Shown here: positions 56,828 to 64,000 of the stretch, one piece after another
Numbering within the stretch: the first letter of the stretch is position 1
How the letters are laid out: every line of letters begins with the position of its first letter
Origin: a virus
Lineage: Duplodnaviria > Caudoviricetes
Reading direction: 5' to 3' (one strand)
Length of the DNA: 64,000 nt
Virus record (IMG/VR): IMGVR_UViG_3300025961_000001
Coordinates: 3,745-67,744 of that record
Notes under the pieces: generated by a model
What the model saw: the letters and a program-made list of their open reading frames with translations, nothing else
Told to the model about the DNA's origin: nothing
Databases searched by the model: none
Position numbers and translations under genes: made by a program

Positions 56828-57000
56828 GGCCGAACGATAAAAAGTGCTGGAATTACCATGCTTAAAACTGCCAGTGCAATAGTAGACCATTTAACGCGCC
56901 CTTTGTCGCAGTAGTCCCAAAAGCAACCGCAAGAGAAAAATCCCAACACAAAAAATATAGCGCACCGTCCCAAAAACTGAAAGTTAGTTAGACAGATCAT
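56824..57000 (-). CDS. Small two-TM protein (58 aa, not in ORF track)
   Basis: MICLTNFQFLGRCAIFFVLGFF...; ATGA-coupled. Confidence 0.5.
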   Translation of the reverse strand: MICLTNFQFLGRCAIFFVLGFFSCGCFWDYCDKGRVKWSTIALAVLSMVIPALFIVRP

Positions 57001-57227
57001 TGCTTTTCCTCCGCCAACTTCAAAAGCGCGTCGAGCGCGGCTTCGGGTATCGACTCACCGAATGCGTACGCTTCACGAATCTTTTCTCCCATCGCTTCAA
57101 TCATGACCTTGCGGCTCGTTAGAGTAAGCGGTAAGCAAAGGTATTTTGTTGCGCCTCTATAATTGTCGTATCCGGCAAGCTCGTACTGAGAGTACCGAAT
57201 CACCGGCTTCAGTTTGTTTTTAGGCAT
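56997..57227 (-). CDS. Hypothetical protein
   Basis: Coupled ORF. Confidence 0.55.
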   Translation of the reverse strand: MPKNKLKPVIRYSQYELAGYDNYRGATKYLCLPLTLTSRKVMIEAMGEKIREAYAFGESIPEAALDALLKLAEEKQ

Positions 57228-57231
57228 GGGA

Positions 57232-57477
57232 TTAAATCTCCGGGAAGTCTTCGGCTTCTGAGAATACCAGCGCTCTCTTTCCGCAGGTCTTACAGATTAC
57301 AGCGCCGTATTTGGATTCGGGATCATCGTGACCCCGTCCGCCTTGGCCGAAAATCTTGTTCATTCGTTTGGTATCAACATCCGCATCCCAATAAAAATGA
57401 TGATAGGGAGCCGCATCGTACGTCGGCATTGGGCATTCTCCGACCGCTTCGCAGGTTGGATATTTTCCTTTTTTCAC
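57232..57477 (-). CDS. Small Cys/His protein
   Basis: GTGA-coupled; CKTCG. Confidence 0.55.
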   Translation of the reverse strand: MKKGKYPTCEAVGECPMPTYDAAPYHHFYWDADVDTKRMNKIFGQGGRGHDDPESKYGAVICKTCGKRALVFSEAEDFPEI

Positions 57478-58739
57478 GTCGCGCCTCCCGTGTCCGCCCT
57501 GGCGCGTTCAAGGAAATCGCACATGGCAAAAATATTTTTCCTAAATTTACGGATTTCCTCTTCGCCGATGTTATCCAGGAACGCAGGGTAGTGCTTCGAT
57601 AACTCGGGATGTCTCTCCTCGATTCTCCGAATCCATGTTCCTGCTGAAACGAGGAGAGAAATTACTTCCTCAAGAGGGACATCCCGCGCTGAGACTTCGC
57701 GTTTTATCTGTTGTCCGGCCTTGGCGCGCTCGGCTTCGAGCTCGGTTAGCACTTGATTACTGAACGTTTTAATATGCCGTTTTTCTAGCTCTTCGATCAG
57801 CTCCCGCGCCGAGATTTCGCGCTTGGGCTGGGCCTCCGGAAAAATCGCCTTCACTAATTTATCGTAAGCATCTCGCTCTTCTTCGTTCTCCGGAATTGAA
57901 CCACGCAACGGCTCTCCAAGAAGATCGTTCTTCACGAGGTATTCCATTGCCTTTTGAGGCAAGTCACTCTGGAACGGCTTTTTATTAAACAACCGGACTA
58001 AACGGCAAACCAGTGTTCTCAAATCGTCCACTATCGGCTGAAGGTCGCGCTTGGGCTGGGCCGGGCACAATTCGGCAATAACCTTGGCACCGGTGTCGAG
58101 GAGCTTAACCAATTCCTCTGATGTCTTCGGCGGGTGATCTAGCGTCAGCTCGATAATGTCAGCAGCCGCCTCCCGCATCCAGTCCCCCGGCTTAGCTGGC
58201 TCTTTCGGCGCGTTCTTTCCTGCCAAGGCCTCACGAGCCCGATTTTCGATCCATTGAAGCGTGTCAGCCGCATCGTCAGGATCTCCATTGATAGAGCAAC
58301 TGTTGGCTATATCAACTAGCACCGCTTCAAGTAAGGTTTTGGGCTTCGCTGGCACGGCCTTCGCGGCTTCGATCTGCTCGCGCAACGGTGAAGGTGTGAG
58401 CTTGTGGCGTTGAAGGTAGTCTAGAGCCGCAACGCGGGCTTGCTTATCAGGCGGAAGAAGTGCGCAAAGTCGCATCACCAAAACGGCTAGATTTTCAATC
58501 TGGAACTTGTCGCCGTCTCGTTCAGACGGTGGACTCACTCCAACATATGTGATCTGCTTCACGGCTTCTTCGTAGGCGGCTAGGGCTGTTCCTAACGCTT
58601 TATACGAAGCGTCTCCGCTCACTAGTGCACCGTTATTAATGTGGGAACGTTCGATGTTATGGCGGAAGTCGCGCACAGCTTCAGCCAGCGCAGCGATAGG
58701 CTGCTTTGCCGCAGCGGCGGGGTCGTTGGGTGTGCTCAT
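57474..58739 (-). CDS. Mosaic protein with two EaA/Ead-like modules
   Basis: Duplicated L..LV.RL....A..YL.+..L...PLR; AQPKR linkers. Confidence 0.7.
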   Translation of the reverse strand: MSTPNDPAAAAKQPIAALAEAVRDFRHNIERSHINNGALVSGDASYKALGTALAAYEEAVKQITYVGVSPPSERDGDKFQIENLAVLVMRLCALLPPDKQARVAALDYLQRHKLTPSPLREQIEAAKAVPAKPKTLLEAVLVDIANSCSINGDPDDAADTLQWIENRAREALAGKNAPKEPAKPGDWMREAAADIIELTLDHPPKTSEELVKLLDTGAKVIAELCPAQPKRDLQPIVDDLRTLVCRLVRLFNKKPFQSDLPQKAMEYLVKNDLLGEPLRGSIPENEEERDAYDKLVKAIFPEAQPKREISARELIEELEKRHIKTFSNQVLTELEAERAKAGQQIKREVSARDVPLEEVISLLVSAGTWIRRIEERHPELSKHYPAFLDNIGEEEIRKFRKNIFAMCDFLERARADTGGAT

Positions 58740-58951
58740 GGGTGCTGTGGTAGTTTTGGCAATCGATAGGTTCTTGCTGTGCATGTCACCCTGAGCCGAG
58801 TTTGCTCGTCGCCCAAATCGACTAGGCCAGCCTGATCGAAAAGAACGTTTTCCACGCTCGATTTGAACGCATCCCAATTGGTATCCTCTCCCTTTCGTTC
58901 AGCAATTGCGTAGGCTGCTCTCAATAGCATATTAGATTCGTTGGGCATCAT
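58736..58951 (-). CDS. Hypothetical protein
   Basis: LLRAAYAIAERKGEDTNWDAF. Confidence 0.65.
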   Translation of the reverse strand: MMPNESNMLLRAAYAIAERKGEDTNWDAFKSSVENVLFDQAGLVDLGDEQTRLRVTCTARTYRLPKLPQHP

Positions 58952-59217
58952 GGCGTCTCCCCCTTCGGCTGGGCCGCTGCGGCGGGCTGCGGTCGTTTCA
59001 TGTCCCCAGGGCAAAAACACTCGTAGTCTTCCTGCGTCCAGTGTTTAACCGCGTCGTCACACTCAGGATGGTATTTCATGCAATTCAAGTCGCCGTAACT
59101 TACCCCAGTACGCGTTCCATATATTGAGCCAATCGGGATATCTTCGTTGCAGTAAAAGCACACGTGCTTCTTGCGAGCGACAACTCGGTCTTTGCTTGAT
59201 AAAAATACCCAGCTCAT
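58948..59217 (-). CDS. Small Zn-finger protein
   Basis: ARKKHVCFYC...I..G..Y...HPEC. Confidence 0.7.
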   Translation of the reverse strand: MSWVFLSSKDRVVARKKHVCFYCNEDIPIGSIYGTRTGVSYGDLNCMKYHPECDDAVKHWTQEDYECFCPGDMKRPQPAAAAQPKGETP

Positions 59218-59435
59218 CCCTGTCCTTCATTTGGTTTTGTGGAGGACTGCTCTTCGAATTTGGTCCATTGGATACCGTGGTTTTCACGCAAATAATCTCT
59301 TATCACGGCAGCGCGAACGCGGCGCGATAGCCCACTCTTAGGTTTGCAAAATGAGACCGATGAACGTTGGCCGTCTTTGGTAGAATTCCACACCTCACAA
59401 CTCACGTAGTTTTTCGCGATCTTATAGATTTTCAT
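59214..59435 (-). CDS. Hypothetical protein
   Basis: ATGA-coupled; ends KPNEGQG. Confidence 0.6.
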   Translation of the reverse strand: MKIYKIAKNYVSCEVWNSTKDGQRSSVSFCKPKSGLSRRVRAAVIRDYLRENHGIQWTKFEEQSSTKPNEGQG

Positions 59436-59629
59436 CCCTGTCCCTCGTTTGGTTTTTCTGTCTCGTCCCACTGATCGTGGTAAAGCGCCTCGTGAAGCCG
59501 GTCGTAAACCTGGTCTCGTGTGAGTCGTGTGAGCGGACTCTTACCTTCCCAACTTCCGTGTAAATCCCGCATCAGGCTTTCAATCGCGGCGGTTAGGCGC
59601 TCGCACTTAGATTTGTAGTCTTCGCTCAT
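59432..59629 (-). CDS. Hypothetical protein
   Basis: ATGA-coupled; ends KPNEGQG. Confidence 0.6.
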   Translation of the reverse strand: MSEDYKSKCERLTAAIESLMRDLHGSWEGKSPLTRLTRDQVYDRLHEALYHDQWDETEKPNEGQG

Positions 59630-59985
59630 GATGGTTTCTTTAATCCTCGGTTTGTTCGCTTCAAAATTGCATCGTTAATCCAATCGTTAGACGGGAATAC
59701 TCGACACTCAGCTATGCCACGGCCCTTCATCTTCCGTAGCGTCTGCCTCATTTGATAAAGCAACTCTGAAAGTGCTTCGTTCTTTGCCTGTAGTTGCTGC
59801 GGCTCTTTCTTTAGGTCCTCAATATGGGAAAGGCAGAACTTCCACGTTTTTTCGAGGCTGGTGTAATCGTTTCGAAGTCGTGATAACTCACGCCGTAGTT
59901 TCGCTTTCTGGCATTCAAGAATTATGCAAACCAAAGCAAATCCAAGTCCCGTGACAATAAAAGCCTCAGCGGCTGGAAAGCTCAC
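59626..59985 (-). CDS. N-terminal TM plus coiled-coil protein
   Basis: Hydrophobic N-terminus; GTGA-coupled. Confidence 0.55.
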   Translation of the reverse strand: MSFPAAEAFIVTGLGFALVCIILECQKAKLRRELSRLRNDYTSLEKTWKFCLSHIEDLKKEPQQLQAKNEALSELLYQMRQTLRKMKGRGIAECRVFPSNDWINDAILKRTNRGLKKPS

Positions 59986-60263
59986 GGATTAGCCTCCGGT
60001 TTTGCGGTGTCGCCGTTCATAGCTTCATCAATAGACTTCCTCGTTACCCTGGCGCGTTTCTGAAACTCAATCTCCACGCCCGGCTCCATCGAGCAATCAA
60101 TCGGAAGCACTGGCCCGCTTTCCAGCCAGTCTAGACGCTTTGAATCTTTGATTAGTTCACGAATCGCCTTGGCGAAATACGGTGCGCTGCGATTATTTTT
60201 ATCGAACGCGTCGAGGTGAGGCTCAAGAAGGTCGACGGCCCAGCTTGTAGAGGTTGTTTTCAT
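59982..60263 (-). CDS. Hypothetical phage protein
   Basis: DSKRLDWLE...R.SIDEAM. Confidence 0.65.
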   Translation of the reverse strand: MKTTSTSWAVDLLEPHLDAFDKNNRSAPYFAKAIRELIKDSKRLDWLESGPVLPIDCSMEPGVEIEFQKRARVTRKSIDEAMNGDTAKPEANP

Positions 60264-60778
60264 GATTTGACCTCCTCGTTTGGTTTTGCGGTGTCGGCTG
60301 CGAGCGCTGCGGAGATTATCCGCTCTGTCTCATCGTACGCGTTTTCCCACTGCGGAATTGCCGGGTTCCAGCGAAGTGCCAGCGCATCTCGCGCCTGTTC
60401 GAGCGCAGCTTGCAGGTGTTCGGCGCGGGCCTTCAACTCTGAGTTGCTCGCCCACATAGCCACGATCGCTTTCGTGGTCTCCTCAATGTAGTCAATATGG
60501 TCAGGATTAACGCTAGCGGCTTCTGCGTGAGCTGTTAGTTTTTCTGCTGTGTACTCGTCAATCTGCTCCAGCTCAGCCACGCGCTTGCGCAGCGACTCGA
60601 TTTCGGCGCGGTCTTTCGGCTCTGACAGTATTGTCAACGCCAAAAGTGCCGCTCCTTTACCTGTAGGCTGCGACGACACGCGATAATCTTCGAATATCGG
60701 TAACGTGATGAGAAGTTCCCATACAGCACGCCAGGCGCTCGCTTGTTGGTGGATATCGTCTGATTGTTCTATATTCAT
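60260..60778 (-). CDS. Hypothetical coiled-coil protein
   Basis: ATGA-coupled. Confidence 0.65.
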   Translation of the reverse strand: MNIEQSDDIHQQASAWRAVWELLITLPIFEDYRVSSQPTGKGAALLALTILSEPKDRAEIESLRKRVAELEQIDEYTAEKLTAHAEAASVNPDHIDYIEETTKAIVAMWASNSELKARAEHLQAALEQARDALALRWNPAIPQWENAYDETERIISAALAADTAKPNEEVKS

Positions 60779-61023
60779 TTCTTGTCAAACTCGCAAACGC
60801 AGTTAACCGGGATAATGCAATCAGGAGACGGATCACCTGGGCTTGGGTCGCCTGGTGGCTCTGGCCACTCGCACGGCAGACTTCCAAGCGGACGAATTGC
60901 TTTACTTGGTTTATGGCCAGCTAGTGGGTCAAAGATTGCTGCCGCGCGGGTCATGTTGCAGCACAGGAACAACGTCGATAGGACGGCGAAGCAAAAGCGT
61001 TTGCTGTTTTTTAATGTTTTCAT
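60775..61023 (-). CDS. Putative secreted Pro/Cys-rich peptide
   Basis: Signal-peptide-like N-terminus ending RAAA; PGDPS tandem repeat. Confidence 0.55.
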   Translation of the reverse strand: MKTLKNSKRFCFAVLSTLFLCCNMTRAAAIFDPLAGHKPSKAIRPLGSLPCEWPEPPGDPSPGDPSPDCIIPVNCVCEFDKK

Positions 61024-61589
61024 GATTGGAATCCTATTTTAGCTACAGCCTCATGGGATGAGGCTCTCAGTTTCTTGAGGAAATCGATGTCGTCTTTGGT
61101 CTTGGGAAGAACGTTTCCATACCGAAGGCAGACTATGCGCGGTTGAACGATTAAAAATGTCACTTGATCGCTATGCTTGAACTCCGGCTCGTCCGAGTGA
61201 TCAAAATCGTCGTCTGGTGGATAGGGTTTATCTAGATCTGATTCGACCTCTTCAATCGTGGTGTACATGCCGTGAACTCCTGATGTAGAAAACAAACAAA
61301 AGTTCATTTCGTTTGCCTCTCCGTTTGGGAAAAATGATCTTAGTGCTGCCATTGATTTCAGATCGCTCGCACGGGATTTACCTGAGTGGTGATTAACGTA
61401 AAACGTGTTGTAGTGCGCCCCTTCTTTTTGGTGCACCGACTTCCAGTCTTCGGATGATGCTGGCTCAAACATTGGTCCTGAAACTGAAGCTTGTAATTTT
61501 TGGTTGCTCATTTTGGAATTGGGTTCGTGAAATCTAAAATTGGTTGGTTGGTTTTGTGCGCGGGACTTTTCGCAAGTGCCGCTGTTCAT
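61020..61589 (-). CDS. Hypothetical phage protein (start may be 61511)
   Basis: NFCLFSTSGVHG.YTTIEE...TFLIVQPR. Confidence 0.7.
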   Translation of the reverse strand: MNSGTCEKSRAQNQPTNFRFHEPNSKMSNQKLQASVSGPMFEPASSEDWKSVHQKEGAHYNTFYVNHHSGKSRASDLKSMAALRSFFPNGEANEMNFCLFSTSGVHGMYTTIEEVESDLDKPYPPDDDFDHSDEPEFKHSDQVTFLIVQPRIVCLRYGNVLPKTKDDIDFLKKLRASSHEAVAKIGFQS

Positions 61590-61811
61590 GTTTACGCTTC
61601 TGATGGTTTTCCTGGTGGTCCTACTCTGCCTACCGGCGGCGGCACTGGTGAACCTGGAAGCGCGGTACCGGACCCTATCGAATATCCGTATGATCCTTCG
61701 GTAGACCCGTTTTGCTGGTAGTTTCTTTGACGTGTAAGTCTTCCTGACGTGCCAGCCCTACCGATTGCGATGTAGTCTCGCATTTCGGTAGGGCCTATGA
61801 CCGGGAAGAGA

Positions 61812-62201
61812 TTATGGGTAGAACCGTCCATCTCCATGCTCCTGCGCCAGACGATCTACGTCTAGCTCGGTTAGCGCTTGGTGGTCCTGTTCGGCAAACA
61901 CCTCATCAAGGTATCGCTTTTCGTCTTCAGAGCGTTCTACGGTCTTAGGAATGCCCGAGAACACGCTTTCAATGCCCTTGATCATAGCTGCGTTTAGGCG
62001 CATGCGTATGTCCAAGTCGCAGGACATGCAGCGGGGGCGTTGCATGTAAAGATCTAGAACGTATTGGCTAGAGCCTTCTGGAGCTCCGGCGTATTCTCCA
62101 TGCGTCTCGCAGTCGCAGAAAAAGCAAGGAAAGCATTCTCCTTTACCCGCCTTGTGCGCCGCTAGCTCGTCCCAGTCTGGTTGTTTGACTTGTTTGTTCA
62201 T
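61812..62201 (-). CDS. Cys-rich hypothetical protein
   Basis: CFFC...CMSC; first gene after promoter. Confidence 0.6.
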   Translation of the reverse strand: MNKQVKQPDWDELAAHKAGKGECFPCFFCDCETHGEYAGAPEGSSQYVLDLYMQRPRCMSCDLDIRMRLNAAMIKGIESVFSGIPKTVERSEDEKRYLDEVFAEQDHQALTELDVDRLAQEHGDGRFYP

Positions 62202-62231
62202 ATAGTTGAGTTTCGTTTAACTATGAGAAAG

Positions 62232-62259
62232 GCTATGGTTTAATTGCGCAATCAGTCAA
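62232..62259 (-). promoter_or_regulatory. Putative promoter with palindrome ATTGCGCAAT
   Basis: TTGACT-GATTGCGCAATTAAAC-CATAGC on -. Confidence 0.5.
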
Positions 62260-62693
62260 GCGTTTTCGGTATTCCAAAGACCAAGTACACGAAGGAAAGC
62301 TTCAGCGCGCTGGGATGCGGTGGCGTGAATTTCGTGCCACCCATTCTCCCAGTCTAGTGGACTTTCTTCTCTCGCTGATGGGCCAACGGCCATTATTAGC
62401 TGAATTATGAATTGCTTTCGCTGTTCGTAGCTCAGCGTCTTTTCCGCCTCGTGCATAGCATTTAAGTCTTCGAGGTAGTTGGGAGTATTAGGCTGATCCA
62501 AACGGCGTTTGTCTGCGTCGGCATAGCCGCAAGTACAACCGATCGGAATGGGTGAGTGGCCATCATCATAACCGTGGTTCCTAATGTAATCTCCACACCA
62601 ACAAACCTCACGGTCTATTTGATGGTTACATCCACTGCAAATGTGAACCCCGCACGCCTCCGCGATAGCAATGCGTTGTTGTTCTTTAGTCAT
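62256..62693 (-). CDS. ABA-sandwich-like protein with Cys/His insert (paralog of 48778-49284)
   Basis: QRIAIAEACG...PNYLEDLNAMHEAEK.L...HATASQRAEAFLR.LGLW. Confidence 0.7.
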   Translation of the reverse strand: MTKEQQRIAIAEACGVHICSGCNHQIDREVCWCGDYIRNHGYDDGHSPIPIGCTCGYADADKRRLDQPNTPNYLEDLNAMHEAEKTLSYEQRKQFIIQLIMAVGPSAREESPLDWENGWHEIHATASQRAEAFLRVLGLWNTENA

Positions 62694-62881
62694 AATGATT
62701 TCAGCCACGCCCGCTTTTTCTTGAGCGGAACGCGGCTTATTTTAAAGCGCCAATTTTTGACAGGCATGGACAAACCTAGTTCTTTACACGTGGCACGATC
62801 AAGGACAAGCTCAAGGCCATTGCCAAGAGGCACAGCCCTGAGCTTGTCTTCGGACGGTTCGAAGCGATCTCTACTTTTCAT
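62690..62881 (-). CDS. Hypothetical protein
   Basis: Coupled ORF. Confidence 0.5.
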   Translation of the reverse strand: MKSRDRFEPSEDKLRAVPLGNGLELVLDRATCKELGLSMPVKNWRFKISRVPLKKKRAWLKSL

Positions 62882-63086
62882 CTTCGTATTCCTTCAATGC
62901 GGCGTGCATAGCTTCCAGTTTAGCTGGTTCAAATACGCCCCATGCATCTCCTGGATAAAGCCAGACCTGAGCATAGTTAGCCCATTCTCTGTGCTTAGTT
63001 TTGCCTGTATGAGTTTCCACGATGACAGCATTCTGAAGGAAGACTTTTACGGCTTCAGCTAGCGCAGCAGCTTTATCCTGGTTCAC
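62871..63086 (-). CDS. Hypothetical protein
   Basis: GTGA-coupled. Confidence 0.5.
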   Translation of the reverse strand: MNQDKAAALAEAVKVFLQNAVIVETHTGKTKHREWANYAQVWLYPGDAWGVFEPAKLEAMHAALKEYEDEK

Positions 63087-63211
63087 TTCAGGTCACGCTC
63101 CACTTCTGAGACGATCACGCGAGACTGCTTCGCTACGTTGTACGTATATATAAAAATCGCGGCACCAAAGCACAGCGACATAGCCATAAGGATAAGGTTG
63201 AGGCGTTTCAT
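63083..63211 (-). CDS. 42-aa single-TM peptide (not in ORF track)
   Basis: MKRLNLILMAMSLCFGAAIFIY...; coupled at both ends. Confidence 0.5.
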   Translation of the reverse strand: MKRLNLILMAMSLCFGAAIFIYTYNVAKQSRVIVSEVERDLK

Positions 63212-63834
63212 TTGAGATCTAGGAATTTGTTGAGCTCGAAGTGTGGAACAATCTGGACATGTTTATCGTCTAGACGTTGAATTCTAGCGCCGTCTAGCTG
63301 AAGCCCGAGAATGAGTGACTTGAGCGCTTTGTGAACGCCCTGGATTCGGTGGTAGGTCTCGGAGTGCGCGAGCGTCTTGTTATTCGGGGCAAGAATTGCA
63401 AAAAAGAACTGTTGGTCTTTTGATTTACGGATACGGAACTTTACGAGTTTGTGTGACATGTTGTTTTTATTTGTGACTGAAAAAGAGAACGGCCAGCATC
63501 GAAATGTTCTAAGCGCAATTTTCCCGTCATCAAAAGTGATTGTGTAAGTGAAATCGCAGACCCATTCTTTTTCTGTCTTAGGAGATAGAACGTAGATACC
63601 TCCAATTGGATATTGGCATTTGAAATGCGCTAGGCATTGCGCCGCGAAATCGCCCATGCCATTCGCGACTTTTGCCGGATCAGAATCGCGCAGTCCATTT
63701 ACGATCTTAAAGTTGGCGCAGAAGCGTTTGAGTTCTTCGCCGTGAGACTTTGGATGGCCATCCGACTGCCGATAAAACGAAATCAGCAGGTTGTTTTCTT
63801 CGTCGTATATCCTAGTTTTTGCAGGTGTTCCCAT
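63208..63834 (-). CDS. In-frame fusion of a conserved phage domain and a YegP/DUF1508-like domain
   Basis: MGT...YRQSDGHP..HG...ANGMG.FAAQ; then F.I.KSKD.QFFF...A.N..TLA.SE.Y from ATG 63459. Confidence 0.65.
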   Translation of the reverse strand: MGTPAKTRIYDEENNLLISFYRQSDGHPKSHGEELKRFCANFKIVNGLRDSDPAKVANGMGDFAAQCLAHFKCQYPIGGIYVLSPKTEKEWVCDFTYTITFDDGKIALRTFRCWPFSFSVTNKNNMSHKLVKFRIRKSKDQQFFFAILAPNNKTLAHSETYHRIQGVHKALKSLILGLQLDGARIQRLDDKHVQIVPHFELNKFLDLK

Positions 63835-64000
63835 AAAGGTTAAAGGTTTCCTAGAAAGTTTAGTGCCCATCGAACGCCAAAGGACAGAGAATACGCGATA
63901 GCTACGCCTAGGACGCACAAAGTCAGCATTCCTAGGCCGAGATAGGCTAGGTCTGTCCAGAAGGCTAGGAAGCGCCCCTCAGCCTGCTGGCTTCGCCTCA

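Larger units (their letters stand above)
59214..60296. repeat. Dispersed gene-junction repeats
   Basis: 59214-59238 vs 59432-59456 (23/25); 59443-59456 = 60274-60287; 59998-60012 = 60282-60296. Confidence 0.75.
1..64000. mobile_element. Tailed dsDNA phage genome segment (podovirus-like), probable Verrucomicrobiota host
   Basis: Terminase, portal, capsid, scaffold, tail and ejection genes, DnaB, SSB, HNH genes and many small coupled ORFs; no cellular housekeeping genes. Confidence 0.95.

Noticed and set aside
61500-61837. Pro/Gly-rich ORFs on both strands between 61.5 and 61.8 kb
   Set aside because: Cannot decide which frame, if any, is real; no motif or clear coupling

Overview
The whole window is a gene-dense segment of a tailed dsDNA bacteriophage (Caudoviricetes). 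Its tail module is podovirus-like: adaptor, nozzle, fibres and three ejection proteins, with no tape measure or sheath. The host is probably in Verrucomicrobiota (Opitutaceae-like); this is inferred from the DnaB N-terminus, an Ig-like secreted protein and A/C-rich non-Shine-Dalgarno leaders. Layout: a short + operon (0.4-2.3 kb); a - operon of DnaB, methyltransferase, portal, scaffold, four glycosyltransferase-like genes and a subtilase (13.5-2.3 kb); major capsid, fibre, tail and ejection genes on + (14-37.8 kb); SSB, exonuclease, HNH genes and large terminase on + (37.8-45 kb); and a long - strand accessory region (45-64 kb). The most unusual signals are a ~2 kb island of structured non-coding RNA with two aberrant tRNA-like folds (50.75-52.7 kb), a small gene overprinted inside the 1801-aa ejection protein, a glycosylation cassette in the head operon that includes an HTH-glycosyltransferase fusion, and a GH172/DUF2961-like domain on a fibre protein. 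I saw no integrase, DNA polymerase, reverse transcriptase, CRISPR array or clear endolysin. All calls come from reading motifs by eye; no searches or folding programs were run.
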